DNA of 64,000 nucleotides from Octopus sinensis (GCF_006345805.1 NW_021832870.1:1-64000), one strand, 5' to 3'; positions 28,390 to 40,240 are shown, counted from the stretch's first letter. Notes: generated by a model from the sequence alone, not told the origin. Numbers and translations: made by a program.

Positions 28390-28712
28390 AAAATTAAAAG
28401 GAGTGAAAAAAGTACAGAAGGTTTGTGTTATAAGGTTAAAGAATAATTTTAAGTCGTTATGTTAGAAAATTTTGTGTATAGTAACATAGTTTTTGGAGAA
28501 ATAACCGGTTTCGTATATTCTTTTGAAATTTCTCAAATTTCTTTACCTACATCGTGTAATGTCTTCCTTATGAAGTGAAGAGTTCCATGACACGATGTAG
28601 GTAAAGAAATTTGAGAAATTTGAAAAGAATATACGAAACCGGTTATTTCTCCAAAAACTAACCTTATAATACAAGCCTTTTGTAGTTTTTTCCCTCTTTT
28701 TTATTTTTTATA
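28390..28712. repeat. Fold-back element between (TA)n tracts
   Basis: 70-bp arms 28487-28556 and 28591-28660 match at 69/70 by eye, with weaker outer arms. Contains GAAACCGGTT. Confidence 0.85.
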
Positions 28713-28930
28713 CAGCCAACCACGTTCTTTCATACACCAACTCTCTCACACATATATATATATACATACAAACTGGGACAAGAACGCAAAACATTTAGAA
28801 GACGATACAAAAAACACGGACGGGACATTCGAAGTCTTCAATCTTCAGTCAAGAACCGGGTCATCCTCGCAATTTCGGCTGATTAATCTTGAGGGTACGT
28901 ACGCCGCTTTATATATATATATGTATATAT

Positions 28931-29014
<84 letters not shown>

Positions 29015-29018
<4 letters not shown>

Positions 29019-29086
29019 GGCGGTACCCCAGCATGGCCACAGCTCATTAGCTGAAACTGGGAAAATCAAAATCAAAATCAAAATCA
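29015..29086 (+). mobile_element. Extremely 5'-truncated copy related to the large LINE 3' end
   Basis: AAATGGCGGTACCCCAGCATGGCCACAGCTCATTAGCTGAAACT matches 50600-50645 (minus). Tail is (AAAATC)n, embedded in (TA)n. Confidence 0.8.
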
Positions 29087-30814
29087 TATATATATATATA
29101 TATATATGTAAAAAAATACAAACTGGGACAAAACGGATTAAGTCGATTACATCGACCCCAGTGCGTAACTGGTACTTATTTAATCGACCCCGAAAGGATG
29201 AAAGGCTAAGTCGTCCTCGGCGGAATTTGAACTCAGAACGTAACGGCAGACGAAATACTGCTAAGCATTTCTCCCGGCGTCCTAACGATTCTACCAGCTC
29301 GTCGCCTTACTTTATTGTAAATATTTTAGTAACAAATTTCTGTTCAGACATCAGGTAACTAATTTAGGAAGGAGATTATCAATACAGTGTATTTTCGACT
29401 TAATCGATACGATATTGCATTGATTTCTCCTATAGGTACAGTTTCAAATTTTTGAGATTGGTCTACTCAATTATTACCGACTTTATTTTATAGATCCCTT
29501 AAAGAGTAAATCACAACTTTGAGGGTTATAGATAAATGCTGCAAACTACTTTGTCCGATCTTTACCGGTTTCCGACAATCTAATGGCTATATAATATTAA
29601 TAAGTAATAATTTTTAAGGCGACGAGCTGGTAGAACCTTCAGCAGACCGCACAAAATATTACACGGTATTTCGTCTGTCCTTACGTTCTGAGCCAAAATG
29701 CGGACCAGATCGACTTTACATTTCCTCCGTTCGGGATCGATAAAATAAGTACCAATTAGCTGAGCACTGGAGTCGATGTAATCGACTGACTCTGTTCCCC
29801 TGAAATTGCTGGCCTTGTGCCAAAATTTTAAACCGGTAATTAACAGTTGTTATATGAAAGTCGTTGGAGCATTAGGAAAAGGTTTTACGGTAATTGTATC
29901 AGCATTACGTTCCGATTTCTAATCCCAATGATGGCAATTTTGCTTTGTATTCTTCCGGGGTCGATAGAATAAGTAGCGTCAGTTAAGAACTAAGTCCAAA
30001 ATAGCAGACTGCTTCCTCCGCTACCTCCATTTCTGCCTTGTCTCCGTCTAAGAAATTATTTGATAAACATTGAGGATGAGTGAAAGCGCTTGATCTAGTG
30101 GTTTGTATGTTGCAATCACGATCGCAAGATTGTGGTTTTGATTCCGTGACCTTGCAGTAGGTTGTGGCCTTGAGCAGAACATTTCCTTTTACGTTGCTCT
30201 AGCTGCAGAGGAATAATTCTGCGACGAACTGGCGTCCGCTTCAGAGGGAATGTCGTGATCTTATTTCTTTATTGCCCACAAGAGGCTAAGCATAGAGGGG
30301 ACAAACAAGGACAGACAAAGAGATTAAGTCGATTACATTGACGTCAGTGCGTAACTGGTACTTAATTTATCGACCCCGAAAGTATGAAAGGCAAAGTCGA
30401 CCTCGGCGGAATTTGAACTCAGAACTTAACGGCAGAAGAAATACTGATAAGCATTTCGTCCAGCGTGCTAACGTTTCTGCCAGCTCGTGATCTTGGTCAA
30501 TTATACGCTGTGGAAACAGGGAAACCGGTCTTATGTACCCCAAGATTTGAGACACCAATATCCAGATGTTGAAGATGATGACTGAAGGTAAATAAGCAAC
30601 ACTTACGCAGGGGATATAGCAACAAAAATAACAACTAGAGCAGTAGTTTGGTAGAATTGATAGAGTGACAGACCAAGTACTAACTGGCAGAGTTTAGATA
30701 TATGTCTATACATTCTGAGTTCAAATCTCGATGAGGTTGTCAAAATAAGAGTACCGTTTAGTTACTACAGTGGATCTTATGCCTTTCTACTCCGTCCTAG
30801 AATTCATATCTTCT

Positions 30815-31047
30815 AAGGCGGCGAGCTGGCAGAATTGTTAGCACGCCGGGCGAAATGCGTAGCCGTATTTCGTCTGTCGTTACGTTGTGAGTTCAAATTC
30901 CACCGAGGTCGACTTTGCCTTTCATCCTTTCGGGATCGATAAATTAAGTACCAGCTACGCACTGGGGTCGATGTAATCGACTTAATCCCTTTGTCTGTCC
31001 TTGATTATCGTCTCTATGCTTAGCCTCTTGTGGGTAATAAAGAAATA
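30815..31047 (+). mobile_element. SINE family B full-length copy
   Basis: Complete head-body-tail, with TSD AGAATTCATATCTTCT on both sides. Confidence 0.88.
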
Positions 31048-31356
31048 AGAATTCATATCTTCTGAGACATCGAGAATAATTCTTTTTCTACTATAGGAAC
31101 ACAGCTTGAAATTTCAGGGTAGGGGGATAATCGATTACTTCGACCCAGGGCTTACATGGGACTTATTTTATTGACCCCGAAAGAACAAAAGGCAAAGTCG
31201 ACTTTGGAGGAATTTGAACTCGGAGAGTAAAAACGGACGAAATTCGGTTAAGCATTTTTCCCTGTATTTTAATGGTTCTGCCACTTCGCCATTTTAGACA
31301 TAAAAAAAAATAATAATAATGACAACACACTCAGAGGAAAGTTTTTTAAAATCGTT

Positions 31357-31362
31357 TTTATT
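31357..31362 (-). terminator. Candidate polyadenylation signal of the Argos-like gene
   Basis: AATAAA on the minus strand at the end of a U-rich stretch about 2.1 kb past the stop codon. Another AATAAA lies at 33145-33150. No transcript evidence is available. Confidence 0.25.
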
Positions 31363-31741
31363 AACAGTTTATCTTTATCGCAAGACATTACATCAAAAAA
31401 CCAACTTCTAAACTAACAAACAAACAATTAAGAAAAACAATAACAAAAAAACTGCTGAACAAAATTTAGAAATGCTACAAATGGACGTAGCCTTTCATTA
31501 CAAACGTTCTATTAAGCTTACACTCATTCATGCACACATACATGCATCTCACACACACCCTGTTCAGACACACGCCACTCGCACGCATATATATATACAC
31601 ACATACATATATACACATATATATATATACATATATATTACACATATATATATGCATATTATATATATATATATATCTGCATATATATATATATAATGCA
31701 TATATATATATAATATATATATATATATGCATATATATATA

Positions 31742-31779
<38 letters not shown>

Positions 31780-32233
31780 TATATATATATGCATATATAT
31801 ATATATATTATATATATATATATTATATATATATATATGCATATATATATGTATGTATGTATATATGTACATGAATATATACACACATACACACATTGGG
31901 TCTAATAGTCGGGTGCTTGGCGAGGAGTTACAATATAGACTCCGGCGGCACCCTGGTTAACAATTTGCTTGGGAAGAACGGAAGTTGTTTCTTTATGGAG
32001 CGAATGTTGTTGTAAATACCACTGAATCTAAATATTCTGGTTGCTATTGTTGCTGTTGTTTGGTATCTAGATTCTAAAGTAGAATCAATATATAAAAACG
32101 GAAAACGAATAGATATATAGATAGATATATAGATATATTATGTGCATAGGAAATAGCATACTAGCAGATTTACCACCTATTAAAATACCTGGCATGCTTC
32201 AACTCGTATACAAACACATACATTCTCATATAT

Positions 32234-32302
<69 letters not shown>

Positions 32303-32367
32303 AATATATATGTATGTATATATATATATATGCATATATATACATATATTTATATATATGCATATGC

Positions 32368-32401
<34 letters not shown>

Positions 32402-32492
32402 GTATATATATATGTATATATATATATGTATATATATATGTATATATATATATGTATATATATATGTATATATATATATGTATATATATATG

Positions 32493-32541
<49 letters not shown>

Positions 32542-33459
32542 GGTCGCAATCATGCACGCAGATATGCTTTGATAATAGATTATTGGTTGTTATTTAAATT
32601 TTTTTTGTAGATATTTTTTAAAATATATCTCTGGTTACATTCACACGTATTATTGGATTAGTAGACTAACTACTAACAGTTACAGACAATGGTAAAACTA
32701 AATTTTTAGTTATCATCATCTTTAGCTGATATATCACCACGATCTATTATGCGCTATAGTTTGTACACAGGTATAAACACACACACACACACAGAATTAT
32801 ATTGATATGAAGAGAGAAAGAAGGAGGAAAAAATAATAGAATTGAATACTGAATGAATGAGGAATATAGAACCGCTAAAGAGGATTAAGAATTCTTGAAA
32901 CACTACTACAATTGCATCTTATCAAAAACAGACGATAGATGTATGAAGAGGTTTTGTATGCATACGCACGCACACACGCACGCACGCATATGTGCACATA
33001 CATGTATATTATAACAGTTAAAGAAAAGCATCCAGTTTTGTTATGAAGTTAAGCAAAATTATTTGATATATTTTTTTAGGAGGGAAATAAACAAACATTG
33101 TATTAAAGAATATATTTTGAAAGTAAATTCTGCAGTGATAGATATTTATTGACTAAATATTAAATGTTATATAGTGTGCATTAAGAAACGTTAACTAAAA
33201 CGATAGAAAATGTGAGAAGGTTCGTTTGAAATTTAGATATGTTGTTGTAATTGGATCAAAGCCCTACAGAAACCAGGTCGTTTTTTTCAGACTGAATATT
33301 TCTGTATCAGAAAAATTAAGCGTGCGTTTTCACATCGTTGAGGACTAACATATAAAGTATGTGTGGCAGGAAAAGAAAAGATGAAGGAGAGGAATAAAAA
33401 AAAAAAAGAAAAAACGAAGAAAGAAGCCGAATCATTGTTGTTACGATCAGTGTCGGAAA

Positions 33460-33672
33460 CTACCGACCTTTTCCAATGATTTGGTCGCACATCCGGGGAA
33501 CGTATTCGCCATGTTCGTCGTCATCGGTATACATGTTAGGGACGATATCAACTTCAGTCACACATTGTCGACTATTTTGACATAGGCAAGTGAACTGGTA
33601 TTTCAAAGCTTCACCAAGGGCTCTGTTCACGTAGACTTTAGCACATACAGCTCCATCGGTTGCACATACCAC
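33460..33672 (-). CDS. Last coding exon of an Argos/scoloptoxin-11-like cysteine-rich protein
   Basis: Acceptor ttattttgtcctag|GTG, phase 0. Encodes VVCATDGAVCAKVYV...FTCLCQNSRQC...YVPRMCDQIIGKGR, ending in TAG at 33460-33462. Confidence 0.9.
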   Translation of the reverse strand: MVCATDGAVCAKVYVNRALGEALKYQFTCLCQNSRQCVTEVDIVPNMYTDDDEHGEYVPRMCDQIIGKGR

Positions 33673-34393
33673 CTAGGACAAAATAAAATAAAATAAAGAA
33701 CATTACTGATATTAAGGTACAAACAACTTTACATTTAATATGGTTTCAAAGTGTGGCACAAAACCAGCAGTTTTGAGGTTGGGGGTGTTCAAATGGTACT
33801 TATTTTAACAACAAACAAGATGAGGACAAATATCCGTCGAATGTAAATAATGTAAATAATGTACAAGTTTCCTTTGATCAATCAGGCCTACGATGAACAG
33901 CATTTCATCAACGACTATACTGTTTCTTAGGAATAGCCACAATTGCAATATTTTATGTGTCTTTCCCGAATTTATGTCGGTAGTGTATGATTTTTAAGGG
34001 GTTTTTGAATACTATTTTTTGCTAGTCAAGCCATCACAAAGATGGTTTGACTATTATCCTCCAGAAGTGTAGATTCTTCATTCTACCAAGCAGAATGACA
34101 GAATACTGCAAGTGCTTGAATGATAGAACTCATCTAGATGCTCGTTTATATTTCTTTACTACCCACAAGGGGCTAAACACAGAGGGGACAAACAAAGACA
34201 GACAAAGGGATTAAGTCGATTACATCGACTCCAGTGCGTAACTGGCACTTTATTTATCGACCCCGAAAGGATGAAAGGCAAAGTCGACCTGAAGCCAGAT
34301 ATTAGCAACAATATTCCTTTGAATATATTTCTCTACATTTCGCCAGTCCAAAAACACAAATAATAAAATGTAAGCTACAGATGTCGTACGTAC

Positions 34394-34605
34394 CTTTTTA
34401 CAGCGATATTCGTAGATCCAGAGGTTATTTCGTTTCTCCCAACCTCTGAGGTAGAAAATGTTGTTCTTGCATCGGCATCTCTCCTCTCTCATATGGATAT
34501 GCCAGCCATTCACCTCGGTTTCCATCAAAGCAGCAACTTCGTCGTCATTGCAAATCCTTTCAGGCATTATAGGACCACACAATTTGTACTGAACTATCAT
34601 GTCCA
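34394..34605 (-). CDS. Internal coding exon of the Argos/scoloptoxin-11-like gene
   Basis: Acceptor cttattcgtacag|TG and donor AAA AAG|GTACGT. 212 nt, phase 1 in and phase 0 out, matching both neighbours. Encodes (L)DMIVQYKLCGPIMPERIC...RCRCKNNIFYL...YEYRCKK. Confidence 0.9.
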
Positions 34606-35024
34606 CTGTACGAATAAGATAAATCAAGAAAAGGAACGCATTAATATAGGCTGAAAACGAATGAAGAGTGCAATGCGCGAAATATAAGTGTATGGCGGTT
34701 TATGATATAGTCACAAGGTCGGCAATCCTCGTGGAAGATGTCTAATCGACTAAATCAATATTTAGTCGTACTTGGATTATACTCAATGTATTGACCCCGG
34801 AGGGATTAAAATTCAAGATGATCTCGCCGTGAATTTTGTTTATCATATTCTTTATTCTTTATAAAAGATTAAATGTAAGCTACAGTTATTGTACGTATCT
34901 TTTTACAGCGTAGGAGTGGCTGTGTGGTAAGTAGCTTGCTTACCAACCACATGGTTCCGGGTTCAGTCCCACTGCGTGGCACCTTGGGCCAGTGTCTTCT
35001 ACTATAGCCTCGGGTCGACCAAAC

Positions 35025-35240
35025 CTCCGATATCAGCAGCGTGGCCCGACAGCATATGCTGGTTTACCCCCACCACATCATTCTGGTTCTGTACCCCTTT
35101 GAGCAACACCAGTCCACTCACCCGTCCACAAACACTCTCCAAGATTTCCTACTATTTATAATCTCTCTTGCCTCTCTCCACCACCTCTAACCACCAAAGC
35201 TTTCCTCACTCCATCCATCCATGCAAACCGTGGTCTGCCA
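35025..35240 (-). mobile_element. RTE-like LINE 3' end fragment
   Basis: The minus frame reads GRPRFAWMDGVRKALVVRG, typical of RTE C-termini. Confidence 0.5.
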
Positions 35241-36272
35241 TATAATCATAAAAAAAGAATGAAAATATTCCAAAACACAATAAATGTGCTTCTTGAATAA
35301 ACTTCGCAGTATATGTGTTTCGTGCATTTTAAAAGCAACCAGACATAAGTTTCATAAACTACAGAACATAAATATCCACACTGCCACACTTGAAACGAAC
35401 CTGTTATAATACTTTAATTCGATTTGAATGTACGTGAAGGTATTTAGAATGGCCTAACTTATTTCTGCAAATGTGCTAAGCACTGATGTTGATCATAGGT
35501 TAATCAATAAGCGTAAGAGCACGGTAAATGCAGTAAAAATAGTGGGGTCAGTGGGACCTCATTGAAGCAGCCCTTCAGAAGCTGTGCCTCCCTGAAAGTT
35601 CATAGTATGAAATTCATTGTCATTACTCCGATTTGGTCGCCAATACCATGTACTTAGTTTAAAATGCAGTAAAAATAGAGGGGTCAGTGAGGCCCCAATT
35701 AGGTGGCCCTTAAAAAAGCATAGACCCCTCAGGACAATCCCTGGGATTAGAGGAGTTTCTAGTTTGAGTTTCGTTGTCCTTGCACCAACCGTCTAGGAGG
35801 AGTTAACGTGCATAAAAACGTGACGGACAGAGACACATCACTCAAATTTATCTCTCTATATTTAGCTCGCAAGCTGACGTTGTCTGTGTATGGAAGGTTT
35901 GATAGCCTTCAACTAATACTATCTCCTCCGAGACCCTGTGGCGCAAGTTGACCAAAATTGAAAGTATGATAGGAGAAGGCTTGCTCTTCCTTCCGTAGAA
36001 GAAAATATTCAAATCGGACCATGTTAACATCAAAATTTATGTACATGAAAAAGGTGCTTTTTTTTCGATGAAAATCCTTACTTTTTACGATTTTTTTACT
36101 GCTGTGTCGCCCTTTTTCGGTGTATTTCAACCAGAAAAAATGTTCACTTAAAGAGAATAACAAGCTACATAATGCAAAATTTTTACTTTTCAAAAATTTC
36201 AATTCTAAAGGGTCGAAACAAACCCAAGCAACGCCGGGCGATAAAACTAAATGAGATGACGGTAATACTTAC

Positions 36273-36459
36273 ATCGTTTGAAATGTTGCCAGGTAAATGA
36301 ATACCTGTCGTGTTCCGACCATGTTGTCGAGCAGTTGTCACAGGCACAATTTTTGCCTTCATCGACAATGAAATTATCCTCCTCGCCGTCTTTGTATTGC
36401 ATCAGGGTCCTGCACACATGCGCATTTGACTTACACGGGGGTTCTGTGTCACGTTTGTG
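36273..36459 (-). CDS. Internal coding exon of the Argos/scoloptoxin-11-like gene
   Basis: Acceptor ttgttgtttccag|CAC and donor CGA T|GTAAGT. 187 nt, phase 0 in and phase 1 out. Encodes HKRDTEPPCKSNAHVCRTL...NCACDNCSTTWSEHDRYSFTWQHFKR. Confidence 0.9.
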
Positions 36460-36540
36460 CTGGAAACAACAAAATATCGGAGATATAAAAACGAAACAAT
36501 TTAAGAAACTCTGAATATATGAAACAGTCGAAAATATAAT

Positions 36541-36786
36541 TATAAAGAGGAAAAGGATCCCATCAACTTTAAACGGAGTCTGGATAGATTCCTTCAAGGA
36601 ATAACAGATAAGCCACCCATAATTGGATACAACTCACCCAACAAAAACTCACTACTTGAATGGACCATAAACAAAACTTGACTTAAACAGGATTCAGATA
36701 ATCCTATCAGTGGTGCTATTAAGTTAGACATGGCCTGGACCAATTTTTGGTCGAAACATATCTAAGTTTATCTAAGTTTAAGTTTA
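36541..36786 (+). mobile_element. 5'-truncated CR1-group LINE (second family), antisense in an intron
   Basis: KEEKDPINFKRSLDRFLQGITDKP...NSLLEW* aligns by eye with FKMKLDLFLSGVPDEP...NSLMHQ of the large LINE. It ends in CATGGCC-hairpin-GAAAC and a repeated TAAGTTTA tail. Confidence 0.75.
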
Positions 36787-36816
36787 TATTGTTTTATTTC
36801 GGGTCGGTCATTTTGT

Positions 36817-36982
36817 TTTTGCCAAATAAACACACGCACTATATATTTGTTCTTCATTCATTTATTACTGTTCTTATTTTTTTAAAATTTTAACTCATGC
36901 CTATGTCCATTGTAAAAAAAATAAGAACAATAATAAACGAATGAAGAACAAATATACAGTGCGTGTGTTTATTTGGCAAAAA
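36817..36982. repeat. Intronic MITE-like inverted repeat
   Basis: TTTTGCCAAATAAACACACGCACT...TGTTCTTATTTTTTT pairs with AAAAAAATAAGAACA...AGTGCGTGTGTTTATTTGGCAAAA. Confidence 0.8.
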
Positions 36983-37822
36983 AATTACCATAGGCGCAGG
37001 AGTGGCTGTGTGGTAAGTATTTATTTCTTTACTACCCACAAGGGGCTAAACATAGAGGGGACAAACAAGGACAGACAAAGGAATTAAGTCGATCGCATCG
37101 ACCCCAGTGCGAAAGTGGTACTTTATTTATCGACCCCAAAAGGATGAAAGGAAAAGTCGACCTCGGCGGAATTTTAACTCAGAACGTAACGACAGACGAA
37201 ATACAGCAATGCATTTCGCCCGGCGTGCTAACGTCTCTGCCAGCTCGCCGCCTATGGTAAGTATTACCATACAAACTATTTACAATCTTTGCCTAACCTG
37301 AATAGAAACAGTAACGGATAAATTGTATGTATATCAGATGTGATATATGGGTCATACCGGTCGTTAAGTTTGGCGTTATGCTGTATTGTCTATTCACTTT
37401 GTGTACCTTTGTAAAAATTGAAGTTGGCAGATGGTTCATTATATTAATTACTTCCCACTGTACTCAATTAGTCTTCGTGATAGAGAAACAGTTCACCAGA
37501 CTTTCACAGAAAGTTATTTCTGTGAAACTTCATTGAGATATAACGTTGAATATTCTTGCATTCAGGAATGTTATAAAGAAAAATACTGATATTATACATG
37601 AATCAGGACAAAATATCTGAAATACTGAAATTTGCAAATTTCAAAGTGCTCCGCCTCCATTTACCATCCCACATAATTAGATCGTAAGAAAACATTACTG
37701 GGAAATTTGTAACATTAGGCTCCGGTCACTAATTGAAATGCCTCACATTCAATTAACATTTAACGAATTTTCTGATGTTCAGGAATACAAGTGACTTTTG
37801 TTTATCGTATTTTTTACCATTA

Positions 37823-38225
37823 AAGGCGGCGAGCTGGCAGAAACGTTAGCACGCCGGGCGAAATGCTTAGCAGTACTTCGTCTGCCGCTACGTTCTGAGT
37901 TCAAATTCCGCCGAGGTCGACTTTGCCTTTCATCCTTTCGGGGTCAATAAATTAAGTACCAGTTACGCACTGGGGTCGATATAATCGACTTAATCCGTTT
38001 GTCTGTCCTTGTCTGTCCCCTTGTGGGTAATAAAGAAATAGATATTTCGTCTGCCGCTACGTTCTGAGTTCAAATTCCGCCGAGGTCGACTTTGCCTTTC
38101 ATCCTTTCGGGGTCGATAAATTAAGTACCAGTTACGCAGTGGGATCGATATAATCGACTTAATCCGTTTGCCTGTCCTTGTTTGTCCCTTCAGTGTTTAG
38201 CCCCTTGTGGGTAGTAAAGAAATAG
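37823..38225 (+). mobile_element. SINE family B head-to-tail dimer
   Basis: One head plus two body/tail units, flanked by the TSD GTATTTTTT(T)ACCATTAAA. Confidence 0.88.
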
Positions 38226-38723
38226 GTATTTTTTTACCATTAAAATATCGTCGTTGATATTCTTCTTTTATCTTCTCCTTTTTAAAGAAGATGCGTATAA
38301 CAGCGATTTCTAACACCGAAACAATTCAATAAACTTATAATAGGGGTGAGGTATATTCCCTTGCATCGACTTACAGGGTATTTCTAGTACATCTTTTAAT
38401 GACATTGTTGAGAGAAAATAGTGAGTTAACTCCGGTGAGATTTGAACTCAGATCATAAAAGAACAAAAAAAAACCAATACTTCAAGGAATGCTTTTCGGT
38501 CCGCCCCCGAGTTAGCTATATCACTGCTTCTTTTGGGTCCCTATGATAATCTAAATGCCTTTATAATTTGATGAATATTATCTTAATTGGTGGATATTTT
38601 AATTGATTTGGCTTTGTGATAAGAAGCTTGTGGCAAGAAGCTTATATTTATGATCATATAAACTACTTCGAGTATTATTTTCGCAAGTTTAAAGTGATTT
38701 CTTTTGTGCCGTAAACCATTTAC

Positions 38724-38799
38724 AATTTCTGTTGTGCCCTCCCCTACTTCCCTTGACGTTCTAAGCACGTGCTTATTTTGCTTAATGGTTAATCCAGAG
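38724..38799 (-). CDS. Probable upstream (propeptide) exon of the Argos/scoloptoxin-11-like gene
   Basis: Acceptor cctttcag|C and donor ATT|GTAAAT. 76 nt encoding xSGLTIKQNKHVLRTSREVGEGTTEI, which joins HKRDTEPPC in phase 0. A native polypyrimidine tract lies on the far side of the adjacent SINE (39054-39085). Confidence 0.55.
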
Positions 38800-38803
38800 C
38801 TGA

Positions 38804-39036
38804 AAGGCGGCGAGCTGGCAGAAACGTTAGCACGCCGGGCAAAATGCTTAGCAGTATTTCGTCTGCCGCTACGTTCTGAGTTCAAATTCCGCCCTGGTCT
38901 ACTTTGCCTTTCATCCTTTCGGGGTCGATAAATTAAGTACCAGTTACGCACTGGGGTCGACGTAATCGACTTAATCCGTTTGTCTGTCCTTGTTTGTCCT
39001 CTCCATGTTTAGCTCCTTGTGGGTAATAAAGAAATA
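38804..39036 (+). mobile_element. tRNA-derived SINE (family B), full-length with 17-bp TSD
   Basis: AAGGCGGCGAGCTGGCAGAAACGTTAGC head, B-box GAGTTCAAATTCC, central CTTTGCCTTTCATCCTTTCGGGGTCGATAAA. TSD 38787-38803 / 39037-39053. About 20 family copies or fragments occur in the window. Confidence 0.9.
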
Positions 39037-39477
39037 GGTTTATCCAGAGCTGACGTATAGGGAGAATAAATAAAATAAATGAATTTTCATCGGTTCTTGA
39101 GTGTTCTAATTGTTCGATCATTGAATAGAATTGTCTATTCATTGAATTAGCATGTAAATGGCTGAGAATTCCACAGACAAATATATCCTCAAAGCGATTC
39201 TAAGAGTAAATTAGCGTGACATAATGAGTGTGACACAACTGGACATTTAAATTACAAGTATAATCCTTTGACAGGCTTCCGAACAGTCTCCACCTATTTA
39301 GTTTTATTCACATGATTTGAGTCAACCCGTGGTTATGAATGAAGACATTTGCCCAAGATGCAAGGCAGAGGTATCGAACCCGAAATCTCATTACTACGAA
39401 GCAATTTATATCTAAGAATAAGATACCTCAAAGATCAGAGATAAAACCGATTGAAACACCTTAGCTCTATATATTAC

Positions 39478-40240
39478 TTTCAAAATTTGACACAAGGCCA
39501 GCAATTGTGGGGGTGGGATAGGTCGATTACATTGACTCCAGTGCTCGACTGATACTTATTTTATCGACTCCGAAAGGGATAAAAGGTAAAGTCGACATCG
39601 GCAGAACTTAAACACAGAGCGTAAAAATGGACGAAATGCCTATTTCTTTACTACCCACAAGGGGCTAAACACAGAGGGGACAAACAAGTACAGACAAACG
39701 GATTAAGTAGATTACATCGACCCCAGTGCGTAACTGGTACTTAATTTATCGACTCCAAAAGGATGAAAGGCAAAGTCGACCTCGGCGGAATTTGAACTCA
39801 GAAGGTAACCGCAGACGAAATACCTATTTCTTTATTACCCACAAGGGGCTAAAGACAGAGGGGACAAACAAGGACAGACATAGGTATTAAGTCGATTATA
39901 TCGACCCCAGTGCGTAAGTGGTACTTAATTTATCGACTCCAAAAGGATGAAAGGCAAAGTCGACCTCGGCGGAATTTGAACTCAGAAGGTAACCGCAGAC
40001 GAAATACCTATTTCTTTACTACCCACAAGGGGCTAAACACAGAGGAGACAAACAAGTACAGACATAGGTATTAAGTCGATTATATCGACCCCAGTGCGTA
40101 AGTGGTACTTAATTTATCGACCCCGAAAGGATGAAAGGCAAAGTCGACCTCGGCAGAATTTGAACTCCGAACGTAGCGGCAGACGAAATACCGCTAAACA
40201 TTTCGTCCGGCGTGCTAATGATTCTGCCAGCTCGACGTCT
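39478..40240 (-). mobile_element. SINE family B tandem concatemer (four bodies, one head)
   Basis: About 185-bp units repeated, with junctions GAAATA/GCCTATTTC near 39635, 39820 and 40005. Confidence 0.88.

Noticed and set aside
35870-36250. Possible Helentron/HINE-like element ending in CCCAAGCAACGCCGGG
   Set aside because: The terminal hairpin and CTAG-type end are too degenerate to call without a repeat library.
38583-38951. Recurrent ORFs of the type MRNWYLIYRPRKDERQSRPRRNLNSER at many loci, resembling a gene family
   Set aside because: They are antisense translations of SINE family B; only the 38724-38799 part here may be exonic.
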